A DNA stretch of 64,000 nt from Heteronotia binoei. Taxonomy: Eukaryota. A model generated the notes under the pieces. That model was not told the origin of the DNA and did no database searches. It was given only the letters and a program-made list of their open reading frames with translations. Location: NCBI RefSeq assembly GCF_032191835.1, contig NC_083232.1:62001-126000 (forward strand), in the 5' to 3' direction. Position 1 is the stretch's first letter, and every line of letters begins with the position of its first letter. A program made the translations under genes and the position numbers. Shown piece by piece: positions 11,061 to 21,655 of the stretch.

Positions 11061-12976
11061 ACTCTCTCTTACCACAACTTCCCAAAACAACCGAATGCTC
11101 CCAAGATCTACTATAAGGTTTTCGCTAGCGTTTTTCCCTAGTTTGATTTAGTTCTGTTCACAATTTTCAAAAACAACAGATAAGCTTTATTGTACTCCAG
11201 TTTTCTTGCAGGACAGTTTGCTTAAGTTCTATATATAGAAAAGCAAAACAGTTAGATAGCAAACTCACATTATACTCTCAATCAAAGCTCTTATAGATTC
11301 TTATACAATTAGAATAATTTCCAGTTTCAGTAGTTAAACTTACAAACTCTATTCTCTCAGTTAACAAATCTCAGACACTCTAATACCTGCTAAAAGTTCC
11401 CAATTGTCTCTTCTCTGGATCCTGTTACCATTAGGTGGATCTGTAACTGGCTGACAGGTCGCACCCAAAGAGTGCTTGTGAATGGCTCCTCATCCTCTTG
11501 GAGAGGAGTGACAAGTGGAGTGCCTCAAGGATCTGTCCTGGGACCTGTTTTGTTCAACATCTTTATCAATGATTTGGATGAAGGAATAGAGGGAATGCTT
11601 ATTAAATGTGCCGATGATACTAAATTGGGAGGGGTTGCAAACACAGAAGAAGACAGAAACAGGATACAGGATGACCTTGACAGGCTGGAAAACTGGGCTA
11701 AAACCAATAAAATGAATTTTAGCAGGGATAAATGTAAAGTTCTGCATTTAGGTAGGAAAAATCCAATGCATGGTTATCGGATGGGGGAGACTTGTCTTAG
11801 CAGTAGTATGTGGGGAAAAGATCTAGGGGTCTTAATGGATCGTACACTGAACATGAGTCAACAGTGTGATGTGGTGGCTAAAAAGGCAAATGCAATTTTG
11901 GGCTGTATCAACAGAAGTAAAGTGTCCAGATCATGTGATGTGATGGTATCACTTTGCTCTGGTAAGACCTCATCTGGAGTACTGTGTTCAGTTTTAGGCA
12001 CCACAATTTAAGAAGGATATAGACAAGCTGGAAGGGGTCCAGGGGAGGGCGACGAAGTTGGTGAGGGGTCTGGAAACCAAGTCCTATGAGGAAAGGTTGA
12101 AGGAGCTGGGCATGTGTAGCCTGGAGAGGAGGTGGCTGAGAGGTGATAGGATCACCATCTTCAAGGACTTGAAGAGCTGTCATATAGAGGATGGTGAGGA
12201 ATTGTTTTCTGTGGCCGTGGAAGGTAGGACCAGAACCAATGGATTGAAATTAAATCAAAAGAGTTTCTGGCTCAACATTAGGAAGAACTTCCTGACCGTT
12301 AGAGCGATTCCTCAGTGGAACAGGCTTCCTCGGGAGGTGGTGGGCTCTCCTTCCTTGGAGGTTTTTAAACAGAGGCTAGATGGCCATGTGACAGCAATGA
12401 AGATCCTGTGAATTTAGGGGGAAGTGTTTGTGAGTTTCCTGCATTGTGCAGGGGGTTGGACTATATGACCCTAGAGGTCCCTTCTAATTTTATGATTCTA
12501 TCAGTCCAATCTTTAGTTAAAGATCTTTAACCCAGCTTTGGTTTAACCTGCCCAGAGATGCCATTTGGCTTTCTGATTCAAGCAGCAAGATGGTGAGAAA
12601 TTTCTGAAGCTTATATTGGTTCTTGCCCTGAGAACTTCTCATTTATCTCTGATAATATCTCTCTTCCGAGTCAATCTGGCACTTTTCTCACCCGCTGCAA
12701 CTTAGATGGGCTCTCGCACTCTGGCCAATGTCCATCTATCTTTAGATCTCAGACATTGTCCAATGAGAAATTCTCCCCTTATCTGATTCTTCCCATCTAC
12801 TAAACCAAAACATCTTTCTTGCCAGAATACTTTCCCCCCTAAGATTAGCCCCAGATAAACTCTCTTTCACTGACCAAACAGTGTAAAATGACATAGACCC
12901 TTCATAGGTGACTTTCATAAGGGAGCTCTAATATTCCCCAGAATAATAACCGCAGCTCTAATTGCACGCTACTGCA
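11061..12976 (-). mobile_element. Unclassified AT-rich insertion, possibly a solo LTR, split by a CR1
   Basis: AT-rich blocks ~11061-11417 and 12502-12976 contrast with the GC-rich flanks; minus strand starts TG at 12976 and has AATAAA near 11190. No clear TSD or terminal CA found. Confidence 0.35.
11418..12501 (+). mobile_element. CR1 LINE, 5'-truncated 3' ~1.1 kb
   Basis: Peptides VTSGVPQGSVLGPVLFNIFINDLD, KCADDTKLGG, YEERLKELG; 3' UTR ends ...TTTTATGATTCTAT. Confidence 0.95.
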
Positions 12977-13015
12977 AGAGGAGAGTTCAGGGAAGGGGGA
13001 AGGCATGCAGTGGCA

Positions 13016-13235
13016 AGGGTGCCAATCCTCCAGGTGTCTCCCAAAGAAGGAATTTGGCCTCTGTCATAACCAGGTGCTGGGTTGGCAGAGGACCTTGGGG
13101 CCAGGCCGCAGAACTGGCAGGAAGGGGGATTGGGAGTTCTGTTCCTCTTGGCCAGGAGCCCCTAAATTGAGCAGGTGGTGGCAGCGTGCCCCAGTGGTGG
13201 GAAGAGGATAAGCTCCCTTCAGGAGTTGGCAACTC
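13016..13235. mobile_element. Degenerate hAT-type MITE
   Basis: Ends AGGGTGCCAATCC... and ...GAGTTGGCAACTC resemble the TIRs of the element at 15144-15650. Confidence 0.4.
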
Positions 13236-13940
13236 AAAAGGGAGTTGATGGGACTGGGTCTGAAGACAGAATCGGGCCGGTTCCGTCACACTGCCCTTTT
13301 AAAGGGATTTCCCCTGGGGGAAACAGGACTCGCAGCTCCCCTTCTAAGCTCGGAGGTCCTGCCTCAGAGTCTCCCTCTGCCCCATGCCTGGCCACTCACT
13401 GCGGGTGCACGGGAAGTGTAGCCCCCTGCCTGCCCCCTGGAGCCCCTCCTAAAACAGCATGTCTGAAGCAGGGGCGGGGGAGGTCTCAGTGGTACAGAGA
13501 ACAGCTCCTCACATCAAGAGTTCAGAATGTTCCTTAACAAGAAATGGAAGACCTTGGGAGGAAACGAGGAAATCCTCCGCCCCTCTCACCACAGGTGCCT
13601 TAAGCGATGTCAAAACAGGGCAGGCTGCTCTAGCTGAGGCAGCTCCAACTCCCTGCCCAATTGCCAGGGGCTCCCTGGTGAGGCCAAGTGGCTGAGATGG
13701 CTGCCTCAGGAGGCGAGAGTCCTCTTGCAGGTCCTCCCAGGAAAGCAGCAGCCCACGGGGGAAGAGGCCTTGCTTGCTGCCCAGACAGAGGCTTTGTCCG
13801 CTCTATTCCTCCTCCCCCTTGACCCCAGCCTGCCCAGGCCAAGGAGACTTTTCCTGTTGTCTCCGGAAGCCCCTTCCTCAGCCTCTCTAGGGCTTGACAT
13901 TCCCAGCCCTCCCTTCCAAGCACTGACTCTGATTAGTGCA

Positions 13941-14770
13941 CAGAATCATAGAATCCCAGAGGCCATCTAGTCCATCCTCACTGCTCAAGGCAGCAGGATC
14001 CTCCTAGAAGAGCCCCCCTGACCAGGGTTTGCCCAGCCGCTGCTTCAAGCCCGCCAGGGAGGGGGAGCTGATTCCCCCACTGTTGAACAACTCTGGCTGT
14101 CAAAAAGTGTCTCCTAATATCCCGCCCTTCATTTAGACCCACTCTTGAGAGTCCTGTCCTCTCCAGCTCCCTGCCCTCCTCCTTGAAGGGGCAGCAGCCC
14201 TTCAGAGGCTGAAAGAGCCATCATGTCTCTCCTCAAGTCACTCAGCCAGAGTCCCAAGTCACCATGTTTAGTAATCTGGAATTGATTTCTTTGCTGGAAG
14301 AGAAGCTGGGTGACCACACTCCATTCCGATGGGATGCCTTTGACAACTCCTCTTTGAGTGCCGCTCTCCAACCAGTTCCCTCTATCCATCCAGTCCACAG
14401 CCCTCCAGCTTACCCATCAGAACATCCTGGGGAACCCTGTCCAAAGCTTTCCTGAAATCCAGGTGGACAACATCGACAGCATTCCCTTAATCCAGGAAGC
14501 TCGTCACTCGATCAAAGAAGGAAATGAGGCTGGTCTGGCAGGACCTGTGGGGGACAAATCTGCGCTGACCCCCCCCCCCCCATCACCAAGCTGTCCTTTA
14601 GGTGCTCACAGATGGATCCCTTAAAGATCTGCTCCAGGATCTTCCCTGGGGCGCAGGTGAGAGTGACTGGCCTGTAGTTTCCTGGGTCATCCCTCCTCCC
14701 TTTTTTGGAGATTGGGGCGACCTCTGGCCTGCTGCTGAGATCTGATGAGCTCAGGCTAGAGGGTATCATC
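13941..14770 (-). mobile_element. Old CR1 relic
   Basis: CACAGAATCATAGAATC 3'-end motif at ~13941; peptide PISKKGRRDDPGNYRPVTLT...GKILEQI at 14512-14769. Confidence 0.7.
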
Positions 14771-15143
14771 CCACCACCTCACAAGTGGGTAGTGAGGCAG
14801 GCAAAAGAGCATTTGAGGAGCAGATTGCTAAAATCATTATGAGAAACAACCACCATTTCTTTAAACGTCTGTGGATCAGGAGACTGGCTCAGGAGGCAGC
14901 TGGAACATTAGATGACAAAGGAAGAAAAGGATCGGTAAAGAAAGGTGGAGACACGACAGAGAAACGCAAAGGCTTATTTCACCTGTGTTCCCTGTGGGAA
15001 GTGTGGTGGGGCATATCTGGGGAAGGGTGTCTGAGGCACGGAGTCAAATGGAGGGAATGATCTATGAGGAGGACCTGGAGCTAGCGGGCAAATGAGAACC
15101 CTGCCTGTCAGCAGGGAAGAGGACAATACCTCTGGGTGGAAAC

Positions 15144-15650
15144 TAGGGTTGCCAATCCCCAGGTGGGGACAGGGGATCCCCTCGTTTGGAGGCCCTCCCC
15201 TCGCTTCAGGGTAATCAGAAAGCTGGAGGGAGAAGCAAATGGCTGCTGGGAACTCTATTATACCCTATGGACACTGATTCCCATTGGGTATAATGGAGAA
15301 TTGATCTGTGGGTATCTGGGGCTCTGAGGGGGCAGTTTTTTGAGGTAGAGGCATCAAATTTTAAGCATAGTATCTGGTGCCTCTCCTTAAAACACCTCCC
15401 CAGATTCAAAAAGCTTGGACTTGGGGGTCCAATTCTATGAGCCCCCAAAGAAAATGCCCCTATCCTTCATTATTTCCAAATGGAGGGAAGGCATTTTTTT
15501 AAAAAATGTGGTCCCTTCAGAGCACAATCCTGCTTGTTACAGCCTTACTCCTGGCTCCACCCCCGAAGTCTCCTGGCTCCACCCCCAAAGTCTCCTGGCC
15601 CCACTCCCCAAAGATCCCAAATATTTCTTGAGTTCGACCTTGCAACCCTA
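15144..15650. mobile_element. hAT-superfamily non-autonomous DNA transposon (MITE, 507 bp)
   Basis: TIRs TAGGGTTGCCAA / TTGCAACCCTA; 8-bp TSD GTGGAAAC (15136-15143) and GTAGAAAC (15651-15658), 7/8 match; internal ~22-bp triple repeat at ~15547-15612. Confidence 0.85.
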
Positions 15651-15989
15651 GTAGAAACTTAACTGTGAAATTGTTGATCTAATAACCTGTATAGATGACT
15701 TGACACTAAAATCAACTTCTGTAGTAGAGAAACGGTAGCAAAAGCTACACCAACTATTAAAAAGGAGTGCAGAGGGGAACTAAGACACAACACACTAGTT
15801 AGCCTAATGTCTGTCCAAGGTAAGTTCGTGGGAATTATTATTAAAGGTAAATTATTAAGCCCATGGAGGAACAAGGCTGCTTAGAGAAAGAGTCAGCATG
15901 GCCTCTGTAAAGGGAAGTCCTGCCTCCGCCAGCCTTCGGGAGTTCTTTGAGAAAGTGAACAAACAGTACTGTAGTCCAACTTTTGCTCA

Positions 15990-16222
15990 CGATATGAGTT
16001 CGATCCTGGTGGAAGCTGGGTTCAGGTAGCTGGCTCAAGGCTGACTCAGCCTTCCATCCTTCTGAGGTTGGTAAAAGGAGTACCCAGCTTGCTGGGGGGA
16101 TGGAGTGTAGATGACTGGGGAAGGCAATGGCAAACCACCCCGAAAAGGCTGCCATGAAATCGGTGTGATGTGATGTCACCCCAGAGTCAGAAACAACTGC
16201 TGCTTGCACAGGGGACTACTGT
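15990..16222 (+). mobile_element. Sauria-type SINE, 3' portion
   Basis: GGTTCAGGTAGCTGGCTCAAGGCTGACTCAGCCTTCCATCCTTCTGAGG...GGGGAAGGCAATGGCAAACCACCCCG...GCTTGCACAGGGGACTAC; BovB-like tail recognised from memory. Confidence 0.7.
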
Positions 16223-16315
16223 TGTTCTAGAGCACTTATAATAACCTTGTTGTTCTTATACTGCCTGGGTCTACATGCCTCTTCAGTTACAGAAAGAAAA
16301 GGCTTTGTTGAAAAG

Positions 16316-17760
16316 GGAACATAAGAGAAGCCATGTTGGATCAGGCCAGTGGCCCATCCAGTCCAACACTCTGTGTCACACAGTGGCCAAAAACCCCAGG
16401 TGCCATCAGGAGGTCCACCAGTGGGGCCAGGACACTAGAAGCCCTCCCACTGTGCCCCCCAAGCCCCAAGAATACAGAGCATCCCTGCCTCAGACTTTCA
16501 TCTGTACCCTGTGGCTAAGAGCCGCTGAAGGACATCTGCTACATATGTTTATCCAGTCCCTTCTTGGTGTAGTGGTTAAGTGCGTGGACTCTTATCTGGG
16601 AGAGCCGGGATTGATTCCGCACTTCTCCACTTGCGGCTGCTGGAATGGCCTTGGGTTAGCCATAACTCTCACAGAGCTGTCCTTGAAAGGGCAACTTCTG
16701 GGAGAACTCTCTCAGCCCCACCTACCTCACAGGATGTCTGTTGTGGTGGAGGAAGGTAAAGAAGATTGTAAGCTGCTCTGAGATTCAGAATGGAGGGCGG
16801 GTTATAAATCTTCTTCTTCTTCTTGAACCTATCTATGCTTGTAGCTGCTGCCACTTCCTGTGGCAGTGAATTCCATGTATTAATCACCCTTTGGGTGAAG
16901 AAGTACTTCCTTTTATCCTTTTTAACCCAATTGCTCAGCAATTTCATCGAATGCTCACGAGTTCTTGTATTGCGAGAAAGGGAGAAAAGTACCCCTTTCT
17001 CTACTTTCTCCATCCCATGCATAATCTTGTAAACCTCTATCATGTCACCCCGCAGTGAACGTTTCTCCAAGCTAAAGAGCCCCAAGTGTTTTAACCTTTC
17101 TTCCTAGGGAAAGTGTTCCAACCCTTTAATCATTCTAGTTGCCCTTTTCTGCACTTTCCCCAGTGCTAGAATACCCTTTTTGAGGTGTGGAGATGGGAAT
17201 TGCACACAGGACTCCAAATGAGGCTGATCCAGCAGCAGCAGGACTCTCCGTAGGGGTTGGAGCACTTCCTGTGAGGAAAGGCCAGGGCCTGGTGCTTGCA
17301 GCCTAATAAGGAGATGACGAAGGGGGAACATGACAGATGTTGACAAAATTATGTCTGCAGTGGAGAAGGCAGACGGGGAAGCTTTTTTGTCTCCCACAAA
17401 TACTAGATCTTGGGGCTGCTCGGTGAACTTGCAGGGCAGAGAAAAGGAAGCCCTTCTTACTCGATGAGTAATTAAATGCTGGAAGACACTGCCAGCAGAT
17501 GCAGTGGTGTCCACAAGTGCAGATGCCTTTAAGTGGTGATTAGGGGGATCCGCGGAGGATGCTTCCGTCAGTGGCTGCTCGCCATGGTGAATAAGGGGCC
17601 CCCTCCAGACCCGGGGGACAGCAAGCCTCTGAAGCCCTGTGCCACCAGGGGTGGGCCCTGCCACTGTGCCCGTTTGCTGGCCCTCCAAAGCAACTGGTTG
17701 GCCATGGCGTAACTCAAAGGACCACTGCCCTGATCCAGCAGGGATCTTCTCATGCTCTCT
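16316..17760 (-). mobile_element. CR1 3' region (single terminal 67-bp unit), interrupted by a SINE
   Basis: Peptide GLFSLEKRSLRGDMIEVYKIM...NTWNSLPQEV; the 3' UTR matches 20315-20440 and 25465-25630; 17230-17760 is an older, degenerate CR1 piece. Confidence 0.85.
16567..16817 (+). mobile_element. tRNA-derived SINE (Squam3-like)
   Basis: A box GTGTAGTGGTTAAG, B-box-like GGATTGATTCCGC, (TTC)n tail; CTTCTTG at both junctions. Family name is from memory. Confidence 0.75.
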
Positions 17761-17941
17761 TATCAAAGTGTCCCCTTGATGTGAAACGTTTTGGCTCCAG
17801 CACCCTCCTCTGATCCTGTCCCCTTTACCAGTCGCTGATCGGAGGGCTCCCCCCCCCCAAGCTGGCCTCAGCCCTTCCTCTGGCTTGGCCCCCACAAGTC
17901 CTCCTGCAATGCTGCTGCCAGGCCCCCCCCCCAGCCCTTAC

Positions 17942-18146
17942 CCCATTTCTGGCTGGTCCAGCGCAGGTCGTGGCTCCTGGCTGGAATGACGAGGTTGACT
18001 TTGGCTCGCTCCGAGAAGAGCCGCTGCACCTGCTGCAGATCCCCTGTGTACAGGGCATTCTGGACCACCACGTCTTGGCACTCCAGCGGCTCCTTGCGGC
18101 TCCTCCAGCTCTGGGCAGGCCCTGGCAGGCCCCTCCCTGGGAGCAT
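17942..18146 (-). CDS. ASB10: ASB10 alternative distal first coding exon (isoform ~425 aa)
   Basis: MLPGRG...PLECQDVVVQNALYTGDLQQVQRLF...LRWTSQKW G|gtaagg. The phase-1 donor at 17940-17941 joins the exon starting at 9061 to give W-G-L-W-S. Resembles the CQD..LQNALYTGDL first exon of the alternative human ASB10 isoform. Confidence 0.85.
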
Positions 18147-18272
18147 GGTGGGAAGGGCCTGAAGGAGGCCTGCACTGGAGCTCAGAGCTCCTTAGCCAGC
18201 ATGCAGCTCCTGCCGCTGTTGACCTTGGAGAAGGGCTGGGCGGCTGGCAGGCAGGTGCTGGCTGGCCTCAGC

Positions 18273-18284
18273 CTTTATAAATAG
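18273..18284 (-). promoter_or_regulatory. MEF2 site / TATA-like element upstream of ASB10 distal first exon
   Basis: Minus strand CTATTTATAAAG; CTATTTATAA fits YTA(W)4TAR exactly, ~130 bp upstream of the ATG at 18146; E-box CAGGTG at 18252-18257. Confidence 0.55.
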
Positions 18285-18760
18285 AGCCCTTGGAAGTCTG
18301 CCACTGGCCTGCTTCCCGTCACCTCCCCGCATCTATTTCCATGCCGGACCCAGGTCCTGCTTCGTCTCTGGCTTGGCCGGCCTCATCTGAGGAAGCGCAG
18401 AGAGCTTCCTTCTCCCATGTCTGCAAAACAGCCGGCCTGACATTGGATGCTTGCCTGGGGATCAGCCCCTCGGACTTCAGCACAGGCAGGGCAGAGCTGG
18501 CTCAGAGCGCCCAGAGCCTCAGCCTCAGCCCCCTGCTGCCTCGGGGGGGTCAGTCAGTCCCCGAAAGAGATCTGACTGCCAAGCCTCTGGGGCAAGGACA
18601 TTCGTGGGAGGTCGGAAAGGGGGCCCTCCCCAGGCAGGGAAGTCGGGAGGTCAAGCCAGGCACAAGGCGGGTGGGGCCTCTCCAGCCCAGCTCTGCTTTG
18701 GGGCTTGGTGGCATCTGGCCTCATCAGCTGCAAGGCTGCATGCATGGCAGGGGGAGAAGT

Positions 18761-19572
18761 NNNNNNNNNNNNNNNNNNNNNNNNNNNNNNNNNNNNNNNN
18801 NNNNNNNNNNNNNNNNNNNNNNNNNNNNNNNNNNNNNNNNNNNNNNNNNNNNNNNNNNNNNNNNNNNNNNNNNNNNNNNNNNNNNNNNNNNNNNNNNNNN
18901 NNNNNNNNNNNNNNNNNNNNNNNNNNNNNNNNNNNNNNNNNNNNNNNNNNNNNNNNNNNNNNNNNNNNNNNNNNNNNNNNNNNNNNNNNNNNNNNNNNNN
19001 NNNNNNNNNNNNNNNNNNNNNNNNNNNNNNNNNNNNNNNNNNNNNNNNNNNNNNNNNNNNNNNNNNNNNNNNNNNNNNNNNNNNNNNNNNNNNNNNNNNN
19101 NNNNNNNNNNNNNNNNNNNNNNNNNNNNNNNNNNNNNNNNNNNNNNNNNNNNNNNNNNNNNNNNNNNNNNNNNNNNNNNNNNNNNNNNNNNNNNNNNNNN
19201 NNNNNNNNNNNNNNNNNNNNNNNNNNNNNNNNNNNNNNNNNNNNNNNNNNNNNNNNNNNNNNNNNNNNNNNNNNNNNNNNNNNNNNNNNNNNNNNNNNNN
19301 NNNNNNNNNNNNNNNNNNNNNNNNNNNNNNNNNNNNNNNNNNNNNNNNNNNNNNNNNNNNNNNNNNNNNNNNNNNNNNNNNNNNNNNNNNNNNNNNNNNN
19401 NNNNNNNNNNNNNNNNNNNNNNNNNNNNNNNNNNNNNNNNNNNNNNNNNNNNNNNNNNNNNNNNNNNNNNNNNNNNNNNNNNNNNNNNNNNNNNNNNNNN
19501 NNNNNNNNNNNNNNNNNNNNNNNNNNNNNNNNNNNNNNNNNNNNNNNNNNNNNNNNNNNNNNNNNNNNNNNN
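18761..19572. other. Assembly gap (812 N)
   Basis: Run of N. Confidence 1.
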
Positions 19573-19689
19573 AGGGAGTCAGACAGGGAGGAAGGAAGAC
19601 AAGGAGGAAGGAAGGAAGGGAGTGTAGGAGGAAGGGCGGGAGGGACAGAGGAAAGGAGGGAGGGAGACAGGAAGAAGGAAGGGTGTGAA

Positions 19690-20497
19690 CTGGCAGAGAC
19701 TGACCAGGAGAGAGAACTTGGGGTCGTTGTGGATAACTCACTGAAAATGTCGAGGCAGTGTGCGATTGCAATAAAAAAGGCCAACGCCATGCTGGGAATT
19801 ATTAGGAAGGGAATTGAAAACAAATCAGACAGTATCATAATGCCCCTGTATACATTGATGGTGCGGTTTCATTTGGAATACTGTGTGCAGTTCTGGTCAC
19901 CGCACCTCAAAAAGGATATTATAGCATTGGAAAAAGTCCAGAAAAGGGCAACTAGAATGATTAAAGGGCTGGAGCACTTTCCCTATGAAGAAAGGTTAAA
20001 ACGCTTGGGGCTCTTTAGCTTGGAGAAACATTGACTGTAGGGTGACATGATAGAGGTTTACAAGATTATGCATGGGATGGAGAAGGTAGAGAAAGAAGTA
20101 CTTTTCTCCCTTTCTCGTAATACAAGAACTCATGGGCATTCAATTAAATTGCTGAGCAGTCGGGTTGGAGCGGATAAAAGGAAGTACTTCTTCACTCAAA
20201 GGGTGATTAACATGTGGAATTCACTGCCATAAGAGGTGGCGGCGGCTACAAGCATAGCCAGCTTCAAGAGGGGTTTGGATAAAAATATGGAGCAGAGGTC
20301 CATCAGTGGCTATTAGTCACAGCATATTATTAGAACTGTCTGGGACAACGATGCTCTGTATTCTTGGTGCTTGGGGGGGGGGGGCGGGCAAAGTGGAAGG
20401 GCTTCTCGCCCCACTTGTGAACCTCCTTTTTTTTTGGCCAGTGTGTGACACAGACTGTTGGACTGGATCCAACAGGGCTTCTCTTATGTTCTTATGT
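19690..20497 (+). mobile_element. CR1 3' portion
   Basis: Peptide QERELGVVVDNSLKMSRQC...HLEYCVQFWSPHLKKDI...YEERLKRLGLFSLEK, then 3' UTR. Confidence 0.92.
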
Positions 20498-21239
20498 GAC
20501 ACAGAGTGTTGGACTAGAGGGGGCCATTGGCCTGATCCAACATGGCTTCTCTCATGTTCTTATGTGACACAGAGTGTTGGACTGGATGGGCCATTGGCCT
20601 GATCCAACAGGGTTTCTCTTATGTTCTTATGTGACCCAGAGTGTTGGACTGGATGGGCCACTGGCCTGATCCAACAGTGCTTCTCTTATGTTCTTATGTG
20701 ACACAGAGTGTTGGACTGGATGGGCCATTGGCCTGATCCAACAGGCAGCTTCTCTCATGTTCTTATGTGACACAGAGTGTTGGACTGGAGGGGCCATTGG
20801 CCTGATCCAACAAGGCTTCTCTCATGTTCTTATGTGACACAGAGTGTTGGACTGGATGGGCCATTGGCCTGATCCAACAGGGCTTCTCTTATGTTCTTAT
20901 GTGACCCAGAGTGTTGGACTGGATGGGCCACTGGCCTGATCCAGCATGGCTTCTCTTATGTTCTTATGTGACACAGAGTGTTGGACTGGAGGGGCCATTG
21001 GCCTGATCCAACATGGCTTCTCTTATGTTCTTATGTGACACAGAGTGTTGGACTGGAGGGGCCACTGGCCTGATCCAGGACTGGAGGGGCCATTGGCCTG
21101 ATCCAACAGGGCTTCTCTTCTGTTCTTATGTGACACAGAGCGTTGGACTGGAGGGGCCATTGGCCTGATCCAACATGGCTTCTCTTATGTTCTTATGTGA
21201 CACAGAGTGTTGGACAGGATGGGCCATTGGCCTGATCCA
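20443..21239 (+). repeat. 67-bp tandem array, at least 12 units, runs into a gap
   Basis: Unit starts 20498, 20566, 20633, 20700, 20769, 20836, 20903, 20970, 21037, 21132, 21199, plus a degenerate first unit. Confidence 0.95.
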
Positions 21240-21406
21240 NNNNNNNNNNNNNNNNNNNNNNNNNNNNNNNNNNNNNNNNNNNNNNNNNNNNNNNNNNNNN
21301 NNNNNNNNNNNNNNNNNNNNNNNNNNNNNNNNNNNNNNNNNNNNNNNNNNNNNNNNNNNNNNNNNNNNNNNNNNNNNNNNNNNNNNNNNNNNNNNNNNNN
21401 NNNNNN
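21240..21406. other. Assembly gap (167 N)
   Basis: Run of N. Confidence 1.
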
Positions 21407-21620
21407 GAGAGATTTTTATGCATTTATTTTTTTTACCTTAAATTTGTATGCCGCCCACTCCATATACAAACTCTGGGGTGCTCGGTCATATGGGAGGGAG
21501 GAAAGGAGGAGGGAGGGGGGCACTGCCACTCTGGCGCAAAACCTCCTCAGCAGGGGAGGAGCATGCACCAATTGGCATTGGAAGGGCCCCTGTAAGGTCC
21601 CTTCCTCAGATATTTGTCCG

Positions 21621-21624
<4 letters not shown>

Positions 21625-21653
<29 letters not shown>
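21625..21653 (+). repeat. (TG)n microsatellite
   Basis: Seen directly. Confidence 0.9.

Positions 21654-21655
<2 letters not shown>

Noticed and set aside
18290-20034. Long ORFs of 327-527 aa in the track
   Set aside because: Artefacts of translating through the 812-N gap.
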